Part shown: positions 9,757 to 19,991 of the stretch, in pieces
Position numbering within the stretch: position 1 is the first letter of the stretch
Layout of the letters: every line of letters starts with the position of its first letter
Origin: Treponemataceae bacterium
GTDB taxonomy: Bacteria; Spirochaetota; Spirochaetia; Treponematales; Rectinemataceae
NCBI GenBank assembly: GCA_963677895.2
Contig: CAXXGJ010000018.1
Span: 128,001 to 192,000 of the forward strand
Reading direction: 5' to 3'
Length of the DNA: 64,000 bases
Program-made: the position numbers and the translations under genes
Notes under the pieces: generated by a model
The model's database searches: none
What the model saw: the letters and a program-made list of their open reading frames with translations, nothing else
What the model was told of the DNA's origin: nothing

Positions 9757-10887
9757 ATGCATCCTGAAGATTTGGCCGAAGGCATTAAGGCGATCGTAAG
9801 TCATTCGCCTGCTTTTCCCGAAAGCAAACTCATCGTCGACATCATAGCCAACCCGAAGGCGGGGGGCTTCAAGCGGCGACGATTCGCCGCCCATCGAAAG
9901 AATGAACTCCAGCAGGTTGTAGCCTTGGCCTCGGCATTGCCTCGGCGCGAAAAAGAGGTGCAGGTGCGGCTTCACCTCACCGAACGCTGCGGGCACGCTT
10001 CGGCCATCGCGCAGCGCGTCATAGAACGCACGAGCGCCAATGGCCAGGATTCGCTTCAGATCATCATGACGGCAGGCGGCGACGGCACGAGCCTCGAGAC
10101 GGCCGAGCGTCTGCTTCATCTTCCCGAAGAAAAGAAAGACCAGTTCGCGCTGCTTCGGCTTCCCATGGGGACGGGCAATGACGGCTCGGAAGGCCGCGAT
10201 CTCGTGGTCGCGCTCGGCCGTTTCCTCAGCCCCTTAAGGCTCGAGCGGAGGGCGGCGGTCCAGGTGCGTCCCGCCGAGGAAGGCGGCAAATCGCCCCTTT
10301 GGGCTTTCAATATCGCGAGCGTCGGTCTCGATGCCTATGTGGCCGACAAGACGAACAAGCTGAAATCGGTTTTTCCGGGCGATTCCTATAAGTTCTGGGT
10401 GAATTTAGCGACCATGCTCTATGACAGGGCTTATAAGGTCGTTCCCATGGGGCTGAAGGTCTGGGCGGGCGGGAAAAAGCCGATCCATATATCGCAAAAA
10501 GAAAGGCTCTTTGTGGCTATGGGCGCTTCCGGCCATCGCCAGTACGGTTCCAACAAACGCATTCTGCCGGGCCCGGAGAATGTCGTCAGCTGTTCCCAGA
10601 CGACGCTGCTGCGCAAGCTTTTGGTGAAGGGTTCCATCGAGAAGGGAAAACACGAGGCCGTCCGCGAGATCGAACATTATTCGGCCACGAGCATCGAGAT
10701 CGAAAACGGCGAAAGGATTCCGCTGCAGTGCGACGGCGAGGCTGAAGTGCTCGCCGGCTGCGATTTTCCTCTTGTCATGGAGTGCATTCCCAATCTCTAT
10801 AACGTGATCGTTCCCGTCGATGAAAAGAAGACCGGCAAGCGTCAGCCTAAGCAGGCGCCCCGGTCTTCCGGCGACAATCAGAACTGA
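9757..10887 (+). CDS. Diacylglycerol/lipid kinase family protein
   Basis: ANPKAG, AGGDGT, LPMGTGND, QCDGE motifs. Confidence 0.85.
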   Translation: MHPEDLAEGIKAIVSHSPAFPESKLIVDIIANPKAGGFKRRRFAAHRKNELQQVVALASALPRREKEVQVRLHLTERCGHASAIAQRVIERTSANGQDSLQIIMTAGGDGTSLETAERLLHLPEEKKDQFALLRLPMGTGNDGSEGRDLVVALGRFLSPLRLERRAAVQVRPAEEGGKSPLWAFNIASVGLDAYVADKTNKLKSVFPGDSYKFWVNLATMLYDRAYKVVPMGLKVWAGGKKPIHISQKERLFVAMGASGHRQYGSNKRILPGPENVVSCSQTTLLRKLLVKGSIEKGKHEAVREIEHYSATSIEIENGERIPLQCDGEAEVLAGCDFPLVMECIPNLYNVIVPVDEKKTGKRQPKQAPRSSGDNQN

Positions 10888-12401
10888 TAGGTCGAGGAAA
10901 GGCTAACGTAACTCCTGTCGTGGAACTGGCCGAGGTCGCCCGCCGCGTCCCCGCCGAAGTATCGCCCTCTCAGGGCGACCTCGGCGTCTCCGAATACGAA
11001 CACGATGCCCGGTTCGACCATGTAGTCCGCCTGTTCCAATCCCAGCATTCCTAGAAGCTCAAGCTTCACCCGCTCCTGTGCGAAACTCCGCGAGACCAGG
11101 GCGGCTATCCTCGTCGTCGTGATGTCGCTTCCATACTCCACATCGAGCGGACTCGCGATCTTGTCGTGGAATAGCCTCACTTTGCCCGTGGCCTGCAGGT
11201 TGAGGTTGACGCCCGCGAAGAGGTCCCTGTCGAAGCCCGCCGCCCAGACGATGGCCGGGTTGTAGACGAGGGGATCGTCGCCCGACATGTCCTCGGTCAG
11301 GTTGGCGCCAGCCTCGATGCGCAGGTTGAAGCCGGCCAGCACGGTCGCCATGTCCGCGCCCAGCTGGTGGTAGCGGTTCCAGGAGACGGGTATCTTGCCG
11401 CCGGCCGCGGCTATCGACGCGGGATTCATGTCGAAAGCGGGCGTCGTCAGATAACCGTAGAAATACTGCAGGCCGAGGTCGACGCCGCCGAGGCCGGCGC
11501 TGAGGCGCAGTCCCGCCTGGCCGTAATCCAGCTTTTTCGTGTCGGGCGAGGCGAAGGGGTTCGCCAGGGCCGCGTCGGCTTCGCCCGCGGCCTGAGCCCG
11601 CAGAGAGGCGTCGGCCGAGGCGACGGCGGCGTCCGCGGCCGCGATGGCGTTCGTGTTGGAAGTACTGGCATCACTGGTTGCGGTCATATATTGCGAATAC
11701 GCCGCCGCATACGCAGCGGCCCAGGCCGAAGCCTTGTACGCGTTGTAGAGCTGTCCCGCCATCGCCGCTTTCAGCGTTGTCGTGCCCGTAGCCAGCGCGG
11801 CCGGAACCCAGGGGCCCGAGGTGGCGATGCGGTCCCCCTCGAACCAGGGAAGGTAGGCCATTTCCGCCGAGGCCCGCTCGCCGAGCGGCTGCGTGATCCG
11901 CAGCATGGGCACGGCCATTTTGCGGTCTTTTTCCGCCCTGACGGTCAAATCCGAAAGATCGTGCGGATTGAGGACATCGAGCACGCTCAGGCTGTCCATC
12001 CTGCCCCAGAAGACGCGCAGAAGGCCGCCCTGTATCGTCGTCTTCCCCGCGTAGATCCGCAGCCAGGCCTCATCGAGAATATCGGCGGGATTTTCCGTCA
12101 GGACGGTCCTGTCCAGCCGGATGCCGAGGAAGGCGTCGGACTTCGCGCCCGACGCTTCGATGTGGATCCGCGATTCGGGAAGGGCAGTGCTGTTTGTATA
12201 ATCGCCATCGACGAGCTCGAAGGGGAAAGCCAGCATCGAGAAGGAGAGCGATCCGCCCAGCTTCGCGCTGATGGGGGCCGGCGCCGCCTCCGCCGCCCCG
12301 CCCCCAAAACCGAACTCCTGGGCGCCGGCCCCGGCGCCCGCGAACAGCAGCAGTCCCGCGACCAGAAAAGCCGAAACGGCGAGTTTTTTATTCGCGATCA
12401 T
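10878..12401 (-). CDS. Predicted outer-membrane beta-barrel protein (DUF1302-like) partnered with MMPL
   Basis: Signal peptide, WGRMD motif, amphipathic beta strands, C-terminal YQF; start set at the ATG after SD AAGGAG. Confidence 0.7.
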   Translation of the reverse strand: MIANKKLAVSAFLVAGLLLFAGAGAGAQEFGFGGGAAEAAPAPISAKLGGSLSFSMLAFPFELVDGDYTNSTALPESRIHIEASGAKSDAFLGIRLDRTVLTENPADILDEAWLRIYAGKTTIQGGLLRVFWGRMDSLSVLDVLNPHDLSDLTVRAEKDRKMAVPMLRITQPLGERASAEMAYLPWFEGDRIATSGPWVPAALATGTTTLKAAMAGQLYNAYKASAWAAAYAAAYSQYMTATSDASTSNTNAIAAADAAVASADASLRAQAAGEADAALANPFASPDTKKLDYGQAGLRLSAGLGGVDLGLQYFYGYLTTPAFDMNPASIAAAGGKIPVSWNRYHQLGADMATVLAGFNLRIEAGANLTEDMSGDDPLVYNPAIVWAAGFDRDLFAGVNLNLQATGKVRLFHDKIASPLDVEYGSDITTTRIAALVSRSFAQERVKLELLGMLGLEQADYMVEPGIVFVFGDAEVALRGRYFGGDAAGDLGQFHDRSYVSLSSTYQF

Positions 12402-12412
12402 GAAATTCTCCT

Positions 12413-13183
12413 TCATGGACGGCCCGTGAGCAGGAAGCGTTCGGTGAAAACGCCGGAGGGGATGGGATCGTCGTACTTCATTATTTCTATGGTGATGGTG
12501 GTCGAAGTCTTGGCCTGAACCGACGTCATCTTCGTGACGGTGGGCGTCAGCCTTCCCTGGAAATCCTTCACTTCGCTCATCTCCATGATTTTCGCGAGAT
12601 TGCCCTTTTTATCGTAGAGTTCCATCTTGAGCGAAATATGGGTGGCCTTTTCTATCCAGCCTATCATGCGCGAATACTGGTAGCCGCTCTCCTTGGGCTT
12701 CGCCTCGATGACCCAGCAGGGCTTGCCGCCGAGGCTTTCTTCCCTGAGAAGGCTGAACGTGTCGAGGTCCGCTTTTCTGTCGGCTGAGGCCATGTCATCG
12801 TAGGAGAGGTCGGTGCCCATGAAGCTGGCCGAACCCTCGCTGGCGGCGACGCGGCGCACCTTGCCCAGGGAGGGGAGGAATATCCACTGGTCGCCGGTTT
12901 TCCCCGACGCGGTGATGGTGAGGAACCTCGTCCCGGCCACCGACGCCGGTTTCTGGAACACCACCACGGTTTTCGTGACGCCCTCGGCGCTGCTGGTGTA
13001 CTGGTCGACGAGCCTTTCGGTGAGGCTGCCGTCCTTGGCGCTGATCGCCATCCGGGCACGCGTGGAGACCGTGTCGGCCTTTACGCGATTCCTGGAAGCC
13101 TTCATGATCTCCTCGGCGCTCTGGGAAAAGGCGAGGCCGGATCCAAGCAAGAGGACAGCTACGATGCAGATGAACCGTTTCAT
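12413..13183 (-). CDS. LolA-like outer-membrane lipoprotein-sorting domain protein
   Basis: FQKPASVAGTRFL, QWIFLPSLGKVRRVA, SFMGTDLSYDDM motifs; signal peptide; SD AGGAGG. Confidence 0.85.
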   Translation of the reverse strand: MKRFICIVAVLLLGSGLAFSQSAEEIMKASRNRVKADTVSTRARMAISAKDGSLTERLVDQYTSSAEGVTKTVVVFQKPASVAGTRFLTITASGKTGDQWIFLPSLGKVRRVAASEGSASFMGTDLSYDDMASADRKADLDTFSLLREESLGGKPCWVIEAKPKESGYQYSRMIGWIEKATHISLKMELYDKKGNLAKIMEMSEVKDFQGRLTPTVTKMTSVQAKTSTTITIEIMKYDDPIPSGVFTERFLLTGRP

Positions 13184-13203
13184 GGTGAAACCTCCTGAGG
13201 TTG

Positions 13204-15906
13204 TCATGCCTTGTCGGACGGTAGGGGCCGCCTGATGAAGGCTGGATTTATCGTGATGAGAAGCACGGGGAGCAGGGTGAGGCTTACAAGGGCGCTCGTG
13301 GCCATGGTGAGCGCGATCAGGAGCCCCAGCTCGCTCAGGATATTGAACTGGGAGAGGCTCAGGACGGCGAAACCCGCGCCTACCGAGGCGGCGTTGAACA
13401 GTATCGCCTTGCCTGAGGTGAGGAAGGTGCGGCGCAGGAAGGCGCCCTTGCCCTTCGTCAGCAGATATTCATGGTGAAAGGCGGCCATGTAGTGGATCGT
13501 GTAGTCGATGCCGACGCCCACCGCTATGCTCGCCACCATTGCCGTGCCAATGTTGAGCTTGATGCCGGCGAATCCCATGACGGCGAAATTTATCAGGATC
13601 GACACCGAGAGCGGCGCCAGGCCGATGAGTCCGGCGATCGCGGATCTGTAATAGACGGCCAGAATGAGGAAAACCATGACCAGCGACAATGCCACCGAGA
13701 TGAGCTGCGACTGCACGACGAGGCTGTTCAGCGATTTTTCGACCAGGGCGGTGCCGGCGATCTCGACCTTTACGTCCTTGGGGAAGCGCCCTTCGATATA
13801 GCTTTTCATGGCGTTGATTCCCCTGTCCGTATCGATCTGTCCGACTGTCCTTAGCTGTACGTCCATCCTGATGGCCTTGGGTTCGAGGGGATCGTCGGCG
13901 TAGGTGCCTATGTTGCCGGAGAGGAGAACGAGGTAGTTGGAGATGAGTCCCTTCAGCTCATCCTGGCTGGTCTTGCCGTAGCGGGCGGGATCGACGGGAA
14001 TCTCGTAATAGGAGGCGCCGCGGTAGTTCGTGAGTCGCGAGAGGCTCTCGACGAGGTCCCTGGCTGTCATCGCTTCTCCGCCTTTTTCGGCGAGCGCCTT
14101 GTTGAGCAGCGCGACCATGGCGAGCGAGTCGATCTTTTCCGCCGCCTTCTCTTTCATTTTGTCAGCCGTCGCGGCCGCCGCGCTCTCGGCGGCTGGAGCG
14201 GCCGGGGCGGCTGGTTCCGCGGAAGTCGTTTCCGCGAACCCGAAACCGAAAGCCGGCTCTCCTCCGGGCGCCGCGGCGGCCGAAGGAGCCCCCAACGCAG
14301 CCCCCGTCGCCGCTATGGCCGCGGCTGTTGGCTTGAGTCCCTCGGGGCTTTCATCCGTGTTGAACACCTGGTTCACCCGCTTTATGAGGTCGGTGAAACC
14401 GCTTGTCTTTCCCACTTCGGGAACGCTTTTCTTCAGGTACAGGGCGAGCCCGTCCATAGCCGCGAGCACATCGGGGCGGAGCACTTCGCCCGGAATATCG
14501 GAACTGACGACGACGCTCACGGATTTCGACCCGCCGAATTTTTCGCGTATGAAACGGTCCGAGAGGACCACGTCGGTGTCCGGCTTGAAATATTCGACGA
14601 GGACGTTGTCGATGATGAGATGGGACACGCCGATCAGCGAGATGAAAACGACGGCGCAGGCGATGAAGACCACCGTTCTCTTTTTTGTGACGATATGACC
14701 CAGGGAATTGGCTATCGCTCCGCTCAAGGGATCTTCCTCCCCTGGCTCCATTTCCGAAGTCTTGAAGCGCGGGAGCTTTTTCGCCGGTCCCCGTATGAGG
14801 ATGATGGCGGGAATGAGCGTGATGGCGGTCCCGTATGCCACGAGGACGCCGAAGCTCGAGAAGATGCCGAATTCGAAGATGGGAATCACCTTCGTGAAGC
14901 AGAACGACCCGAATCCGGCGAAGGTCGTCAGCGCGGCGAGTAGGACGGGCTTCCCGATTCTTCGAAGCACGGCGAAGACGATGGCTCTGTGCTCAGTTTC
15001 GCTCAAGTCGCGCTTGCCCGCGATTTCGTCGTAGTAATGGCTGACGACATGGATGCCGTAGGCGCTGCCCACCGCCACGAGGATGACCGGGAGCACCGTC
15101 GAGAGTATCGAAAGCTTGATGCCGAAAAGGGGCATGGCTCCAATGGCCCAAACCACCGATACCAGGACGGTCAGCAGGGGGAGGAGGACGCCGCTCAGCC
15201 GCCTGAAGGAGAGGAAAAGCACGAAAACGACGACGATGATGACAAGGGGAACGAGGGTTATCAGGTCGGAGCGGGTGGCATCGTTGACGACCGAGCTGAA
15301 GACGGGCATGCCCGTGATGTAGACGTTGGTATCGGTAAAGCCCGTTTCCGCGGCGAACTTCTTGATCGCCTTGTGGACGGCGACGACTTCGGGTTTGCCA
15401 GAGTCCTCGGGCGGTATGTCGAGGTAGACGACCATCTGCGTGCCGGTAAAATCCTCCGATACGAGGGCGCGGCTATAGAGATCCCAGCTCAGCAGCTTGT
15501 CCTTAAGTTCGGCGATCTCCTCTTTGGTCCCGCCGAAATTATCGGGAAGGAGGGGCTGGGCTACTATAGCGTCTCCCTCGCCGGTAAGGTAATCGGTGGA
15601 GACGATGGAGGTCGCGGATTCCACGATGTCGATGTCCGCTATTTTCTTTCCGAAACTCCGGAGTTTGTCGAGAAAGTCGGCTTCCAGCACCGTTCCGTGC
15701 TTCCGCTCGAGTCCCACCAGGATGACGATCTGGCTTCCGAAGCTGTCGTCCACGCGTTTCAGGGCTATCCTCTCGGGATCTTTGTCCGGCACGAAGCGGA
15801 AGTTATTGTTGTCCAGCTGAACTCTCGGGATCTGCAGGGCAAAGAATACGGTGACGGCCGCGATAATCGCGACAATCCACCGCGGATGTCTGAAAAACTT
15901 CTCCAT
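13204..15906 (-). CDS. MMPL/RND family transporter
   Basis: Two repeats of TM + periplasmic domain + TM cluster; VAVGSAYGIH and GVGIDYTIH motifs. Confidence 0.92.
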   Translation of the reverse strand: MEKFFRHPRWIVAIIAAVTVFFALQIPRVQLDNNNFRFVPDKDPERIALKRVDDSFGSQIVILVGLERKHGTVLEADFLDKLRSFGKKIADIDIVESATSIVSTDYLTGEGDAIVAQPLLPDNFGGTKEEIAELKDKLLSWDLYSRALVSEDFTGTQMVVYLDIPPEDSGKPEVVAVHKAIKKFAAETGFTDTNVYITGMPVFSSVVNDATRSDLITLVPLVIIVVVFVLFLSFRRLSGVLLPLLTVLVSVVWAIGAMPLFGIKLSILSTVLPVILVAVGSAYGIHVVSHYYDEIAGKRDLSETEHRAIVFAVLRRIGKPVLLAALTTFAGFGSFCFTKVIPIFEFGIFSSFGVLVAYGTAITLIPAIILIRGPAKKLPRFKTSEMEPGEEDPLSGAIANSLGHIVTKKRTVVFIACAVVFISLIGVSHLIIDNVLVEYFKPDTDVVLSDRFIREKFGGSKSVSVVVSSDIPGEVLRPDVLAAMDGLALYLKKSVPEVGKTSGFTDLIKRVNQVFNTDESPEGLKPTAAAIAATGAALGAPSAAAAPGGEPAFGFGFAETTSAEPAAPAAPAAESAAAATADKMKEKAAEKIDSLAMVALLNKALAEKGGEAMTARDLVESLSRLTNYRGASYYEIPVDPARYGKTSQDELKGLISNYLVLLSGNIGTYADDPLEPKAIRMDVQLRTVGQIDTDRGINAMKSYIEGRFPKDVKVEIAGTALVEKSLNSLVVQSQLISVALSLVMVFLILAVYYRSAIAGLIGLAPLSVSILINFAVMGFAGIKLNIGTAMVASIAVGVGIDYTIHYMAAFHHEYLLTKGKGAFLRRTFLTSGKAILFNAASVGAGFAVLSLSQFNILSELGLLIALTMATSALVSLTLLPVLLITINPAFIRRPLPSDKA

Positions 15907-15965
15907 AGGAAATCCTTTACGGCCTTGCCGCCTGGCAGCGTTTTCCGGCATGCCAATTTTTCGTG

Positions 15966-16637
15966 CTACTTCGCCGTCAACTTCAAAAGGGAAGGATCGG
16001 CGCCTTCCGCGGCCAGGCCGCGCAGGATTATCTCAAAGGTTTCGCGCATTTCCATGCTGATTTGATGGGGATCTCTCCGCGGGCGGGGAATCCTCGTAAC
16101 GGTGTCGATTATGGAGGTGGCTATCATGATCACGGTGCGGGCCAGTCTTTCAGGCTCTTGGATCTTGTTGAGCGATCCATCGGCCATGCCCAGCCTTAAC
16201 AGATCGGCGATGAGGTTCAGCATTTTTCCCATCGCCTTGCTGAACCTGTCGCCTTCGAGATTCGCGCCGAGAGGGAATTCGGGATCTATGTAATTCTTGA
16301 TGCCGGTGAGCACGATGATGTCCTGGGATTCACCGTATAGATTCAAGTAACCCGTCCACAGCGCGTGCATCGCCTGCAGCCCGGTGGAGCCTTCGGGAAT
16401 CCGCGACTGCGTGTAGTCCACAAAGGTTGAAGCCGCGTCTTCCAGGATTTCCATAAGGATGGCATCCTTGCTTTTAAAGTACAGGTACAGCGTGGCTTTG
16501 CTCAGTTCGCAGGCCTTGGCGATATCCTGCATGGTAAAGGAAATCACGCCCTGTTCCAGAATCAGTTCCTTGGCTTTCTCCAGGATGAGGCTATGGCGTT
16601 CTTCCTTTTCCCTGATTTTCCGCTCTTCAATGCCCAT
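15966..16637 (-). CDS. TetR/AcrR family transcriptional regulator
   Basis: TMQDIAKACELSKATLYLYFKSK HTH. Confidence 0.93.
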   Translation of the reverse strand: MGIEERKIREKEERHSLILEKAKELILEQGVISFTMQDIAKACELSKATLYLYFKSKDAILMEILEDAASTFVDYTQSRIPEGSTGLQAMHALWTGYLNLYGESQDIIVLTGIKNYIDPEFPLGANLEGDRFSKAMGKMLNLIADLLRLGMADGSLNKIQEPERLARTVIMIATSIIDTVTRIPRPRRDPHQISMEMRETFEIILRGLAAEGADPSLLKLTAK

Positions 16638-16653
16638 GCGCGATCCTCCGTGC

Positions 16654-16693
16654 GACCATTAGTCATTTAATGACCATTGGTCATATTGGTCAA
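16654..16693 (-). promoter_or_regulatory. TetR operator array overlapping the tetR-mmpL promoter
   Basis: Perfect palindrome TGACCA-T-TGGTCA (16671-16683), degenerate copy GACCATTAGTCA (16654-16665); -35 TTGACC at 16693-16688. Confidence 0.7.
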
Positions 16694-16810
16694 GCCGTCG
16701 CGGGGGAATAGCGCGGAAAAAACGGGAAATATTGGGCGTATCTATTGACAGAAACATATGGTTATAGTATTAAGTTTCTACAGATAGAAACACACACTAC
16801 GGAGGACGCG

Positions 16811-18178
16811 ATGAACACGAAGATTTTCCTCGATGAAAACGAGATGCCCAAGCAGTGGTACAACCTGGCCGTCGACCTGCCTTCGCCGCCCCTGCCTCCC
16901 CTGGGCCCGGACGGCAAGCCCGTAAGTCCCGAACAGTTGGCGGCGGTTTTCCCGATGAATCTCATCGAGCAGGAAATGTCTTCGGAACGCTGGATCGATA
17001 TCCCCGGCGAAGTGCTGTCCATCCTCTACCGCTGGCGTCCATCTCCGCTGCACCGCGCCTTCGGTCTCGAGCGGGCGCTCGGAACCCCGGCGCGCATCTA
17101 TTACAAAGACGAAAGCGTCTCGCCCGCCGGAAGCCATAAACCCAATACGGCGGTGGCCCAGGCCTACTACAACAAGATCGCGGGCATAAAGAAGCTGACG
17201 ACGGAGACGGGCGCCGGGCAATGGGGATCTGCCCTGTCTTTCGCCTGCGCGCAGTTCGGCCTTGAGTGCAAGGTTTACATGGTCCGCTCCAGCTACGAGC
17301 AGAAGCCGTACAGGAAGTACATGATGCAGACCTGGGGCGGTTCGTGCGTTCCTAGCCCCAGCGACACGACGGAGGCGGGCAGGGCTATCCTCCGCGCCGA
17401 TCCATCGTCGCCGGGAAGTCTGGGCATCGCGATAAGCGAGGCGGTGGAGGCCGCCGTCTCCGATCGGTCGGGCGAAACCCGTTATGCCCTGGGCAGCGTC
17501 CTCAACCACGTAATGCTGCACCAGACGATCATCGGTCTCGAGGCGAAAAAACAGCTTGCCAAATTCGGGGAGAAGGGCGCGGACAGGATAATAGCCTGCG
17601 TGGGCGGCGGCTCGAATTTCGCCGGCCTGGCTTTTCCCTTCCTCGCCGACAAGATAGCCGGAGCCGACATCGAAATCATCCCGGTCGAGCCGACTTCCTG
17701 CCCGAGCCTCACCAAGGGAACCTATGCCTACGATCTGGGCGATGTGGCGGGCATGACGCCCTACCTTCCCATGTACACGCTCGGGCATGGCTTCATGCCG
17801 CACGCCATGCATGCGGGCGGCCTGCGCTATCACGGAATGTCCCCGCTCGTGTCGCAGGCGGCTCACGAAGGCCTGCTATCGCCCCGGTCAGTGCCCCAGC
17901 TGGAATGTTTCCAGGCGGCGGTCGCCTTCGCGAGAGCCGAGGGCATCATCGTGGCGCCCGAGACGAGCCACGCGATCGCCCAGGTCATAAGGGAAGCGAA
18001 ATCGGCCAAGGAAGAGGGCGTCGAGCGCGTCATACTCTTCGGGCTATCGGGGCATGGCCTCCTGGATCTGCAGGGCTACGCTGATTATTTTGCCGGGAGG
18101 CTGTCGAACTTCGAGCTTCCCGAGGAAGCGATCAGGCTGGCCATGGCGGAACTGCCGGAGTTCGCGGCCATCGCCTGA
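16811..18178 (+). CDS. trpB2: TrpB-like PLP enzyme (tryptophan synthase beta type 2)
   Basis: [14 protein letters not shown] lysine, [28 protein letters not shown]. Confidence 0.93.
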   Translation: MNTKIFLDENEMPKQWYNLAVDLPSPPLPPLGPDGKPVSPEQLAAVFPMNLIEQEMSSERWIDIPGEVLSILYRWRPSPLHRAFGLERALGTPARIYYKDESVSPAGSHKPNTAVAQAYYNKIAGIKKLTTETGAGQWGSALSFACAQFGLECKVYMVRSSYEQKPYRKYMMQTWGGSCVPSPSDTTEAGRAILRADPSSPGSLGIAISEAVEAAVSDRSGETRYALGSVLNHVMLHQTIIGLEAKKQLAKFGEKGADRIIACVGGGSNFAGLAFPFLADKIAGADIEIIPVEPTSCPSLTKGTYAYDLGDVAGMTPYLPMYTLGHGFMPHAMHAGGLRYHGMSPLVSQAAHEGLLSPRSVPQLECFQAAVAFARAEGIIVAPETSHAIAQVIREAKSAKEEGVERVILFGLSGHGLLDLQGYADYFAGRLSNFELPEEAIRLAMAELPEFAAIA

Positions 18179-18197
18179 ACCCTTCCCGGCCGCGCTT

Positions 18198-19091
18198 TCA
18201 GATCCCCCCGGCCTTGGTTTTGATGAAGGTCCCGGCGTCGAACTCCGCGAATGCCTTGCGGAGTTCGTCCCTCGTGTTCATGACGATGGGACCGCCCCAG
18301 GCTATGGGTTCGTTGAGCGGCTGTCCCGCGATGAAAAGGAAGGAAGCGCCGATAGTCTTGTCGGTTTTGGCTTCGACGAAATCCGTCGATCCCGCGGTCG
18401 TCACGATGTCGCCCGCGGCGGGGAAATGGCCCAATATGCCCGATTCCAGCCTCGTGCCGGCGAAATCGGCCTTCCCTCTGAAAACATAGGCCGCGGCATT
18501 GTGAGACGCGGGAATGGGTATCCGGATCTTCGCGCCGGCTTCCATCGTCACGATGAGATAGAGCACGGGCACGAAGAGGTCGGGCGTCGCGCCGGTCTTG
18601 CCGGCGAAGCTTCCGGCCAGGATGGCGATCTCGCATCCATTTTCCTTGATGCGGTGGATTTCGGCGGCGTTCACGGCCCGATAGCGCGGCGTCGTCATCT
18701 TGAGGCTGGCGGGCAGGTTCACCCAGAGCTGGAAGCCTTCCATGAGCTTGCCGTCTGCCCCCGGCTCCGGCATCTCCTGATGGATAATTCCCGATCCGGC
18801 CGTCATCCACTGGGCGTCGCCGGGATAGATCGTCCCCTTGTTCCGCATCGAATCTCCGTGGGCAACCTTGCCGGCCAAGAGATAGGTGACGGTTTCGATC
18901 CCTCTATGGGGATGCCAAGGAAATCCCGCCAGGTAGTCATCTGGATTGTCCGAGCCGAAGTGATCGAGAAGCAGAAAGGGATCGAAGGTATGCCGCTCGT
19001 CGAAGCCGAAAACCCGATTCAGCTTCACGCCCGCGCCGTCCACCGAAGGAACGGCGCTGATTACTTCGCCGATAGCGCGGCCGCCGCTCAT
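18198..19091 (-). CDS. Pirin family protein
   Basis: DPFLLLD, GFPWHPHRGIETVTY, WMTAGSGIIHQE, GGPIVMNT. Confidence 0.95.
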   Translation of the reverse strand: MSGGRAIGEVISAVPSVDGAGVKLNRVFGFDERHTFDPFLLLDHFGSDNPDDYLAGFPWHPHRGIETVTYLLAGKVAHGDSMRNKGTIYPGDAQWMTAGSGIIHQEMPEPGADGKLMEGFQLWVNLPASLKMTTPRYRAVNAAEIHRIKENGCEIAILAGSFAGKTGATPDLFVPVLYLIVTMEAGAKIRIPIPASHNAAAYVFRGKADFAGTRLESGILGHFPAAGDIVTTAGSTDFVEAKTDKTIGASFLFIAGQPLNEPIAWGGPIVMNTRDELRKAFAEFDAGTFIKTKAGGI

Positions 19092-19240
19092 CGTACGCCC
19101 TCGTCGCAGGGACCTTCTTCCTTATCGGGTCTCGAAGTCTCGTTGCTGTGGGGTTCGGTGCATCTTTCGAGAGCGTTTTTATCTTTCTTTTTGTCTTCCT
19201 TGGATTTCGTCTTCGTCTTTTCGGCATCGCCGGTTTTCAT
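19088..19240 (-). CDS. Small hydrophilic 50-aa protein with two Cys, translationally coupled to pirin
   Basis: SD AAGGAGG, promoter TTGCTC-N17-TACTTT upstream, ATGA overlap with the pirin start. Confidence 0.65.
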   Translation of the reverse strand: MKTGDAEKTKTKSKEDKKKDKNALERCTEPHSNETSRPDKEEGPCDEGVR

Positions 19241-19373
19241 ACAATCCTCCTTATGTAAATGTACCATTAAAGTACTTCGGAATCCTCCGCGGAGCAAATT
19301 TGTCCGGCCTGGCCTCCCGGCGACGCGATGGCAGTGAGGCGGTGTCGGCGCGCGCGGCGAGCCGAAGCCAGCT

Positions 19374-19943
19374 TTATTCTCCGAAGCGGAAACGTCTGAC
19401 TATCTCGTGGCGCGCGCCTTTAGGCGACAGCGTGGACTCCATGAGGTCGAAGGATTCGGGGATGAAGGAGAGCCGAGGGAGCGCGGGGAAAGCGGCTGCC
19501 CGGAGGGAGGCGGGCAGGGCGCCCTGTCCCTTGAATCGGGCGAGCGTGAGATGCGCGAGCCATGGTCTTGTTTCGCGTTCGGCGCCAACCTCCGCCGCCA
19601 GCCGCCTCGCCGCGGCGATGACTGGATCGAGCGCTCCTTCCGGCAGCAGTGAAAAGCCGAGATGGAGGACGCGCGGAGTCCTGGCGGAAGGCAGATAGCC
19701 GAGGCTTTCGGCGTTTAGGCGGGGAGCGGCGATTTTCCCGGCTAGGCTATCCAGCCCGGCGGCCACGGCGGAGCGTCCGGCATCGTCCATCTCCCCGAAA
19801 AAATGGAGCGTTAGGTGATAGGAGCGCGGATCGACCCATGAAGGTCGCATAACTTCATATCGCAGCTTGATCTTGGTTGTGAAATCGCCTAACGTATTCT
19901 TGACGTCGTCGCTGAAATTTATGGCTAGAAAAAGCCTATGCAT
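19374..19943 (-). CDS. thpR: RNA 2',3'-cyclic phosphodiesterase (2H family)
   Basis: RLFLAI, HLTLHFFG and HLTLAR 2H motifs. Confidence 0.9.
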   Translation of the reverse strand: MHRLFLAINFSDDVKNTLGDFTTKIKLRYEVMRPSWVDPRSYHLTLHFFGEMDDAGRSAVAAGLDSLAGKIAAPRLNAESLGYLPSARTPRVLHLGFSLLPEGALDPVIAAARRLAAEVGAERETRPWLAHLTLARFKGQGALPASLRAAAFPALPRLSFIPESFDLMESTLSPKGARHEIVRRFRFGE

Positions 19944-19991
19944 CCCGCGCCTCCGCTTGCCGCGTCTTTGCCCGCCTCCCTGTCCGCGCCC

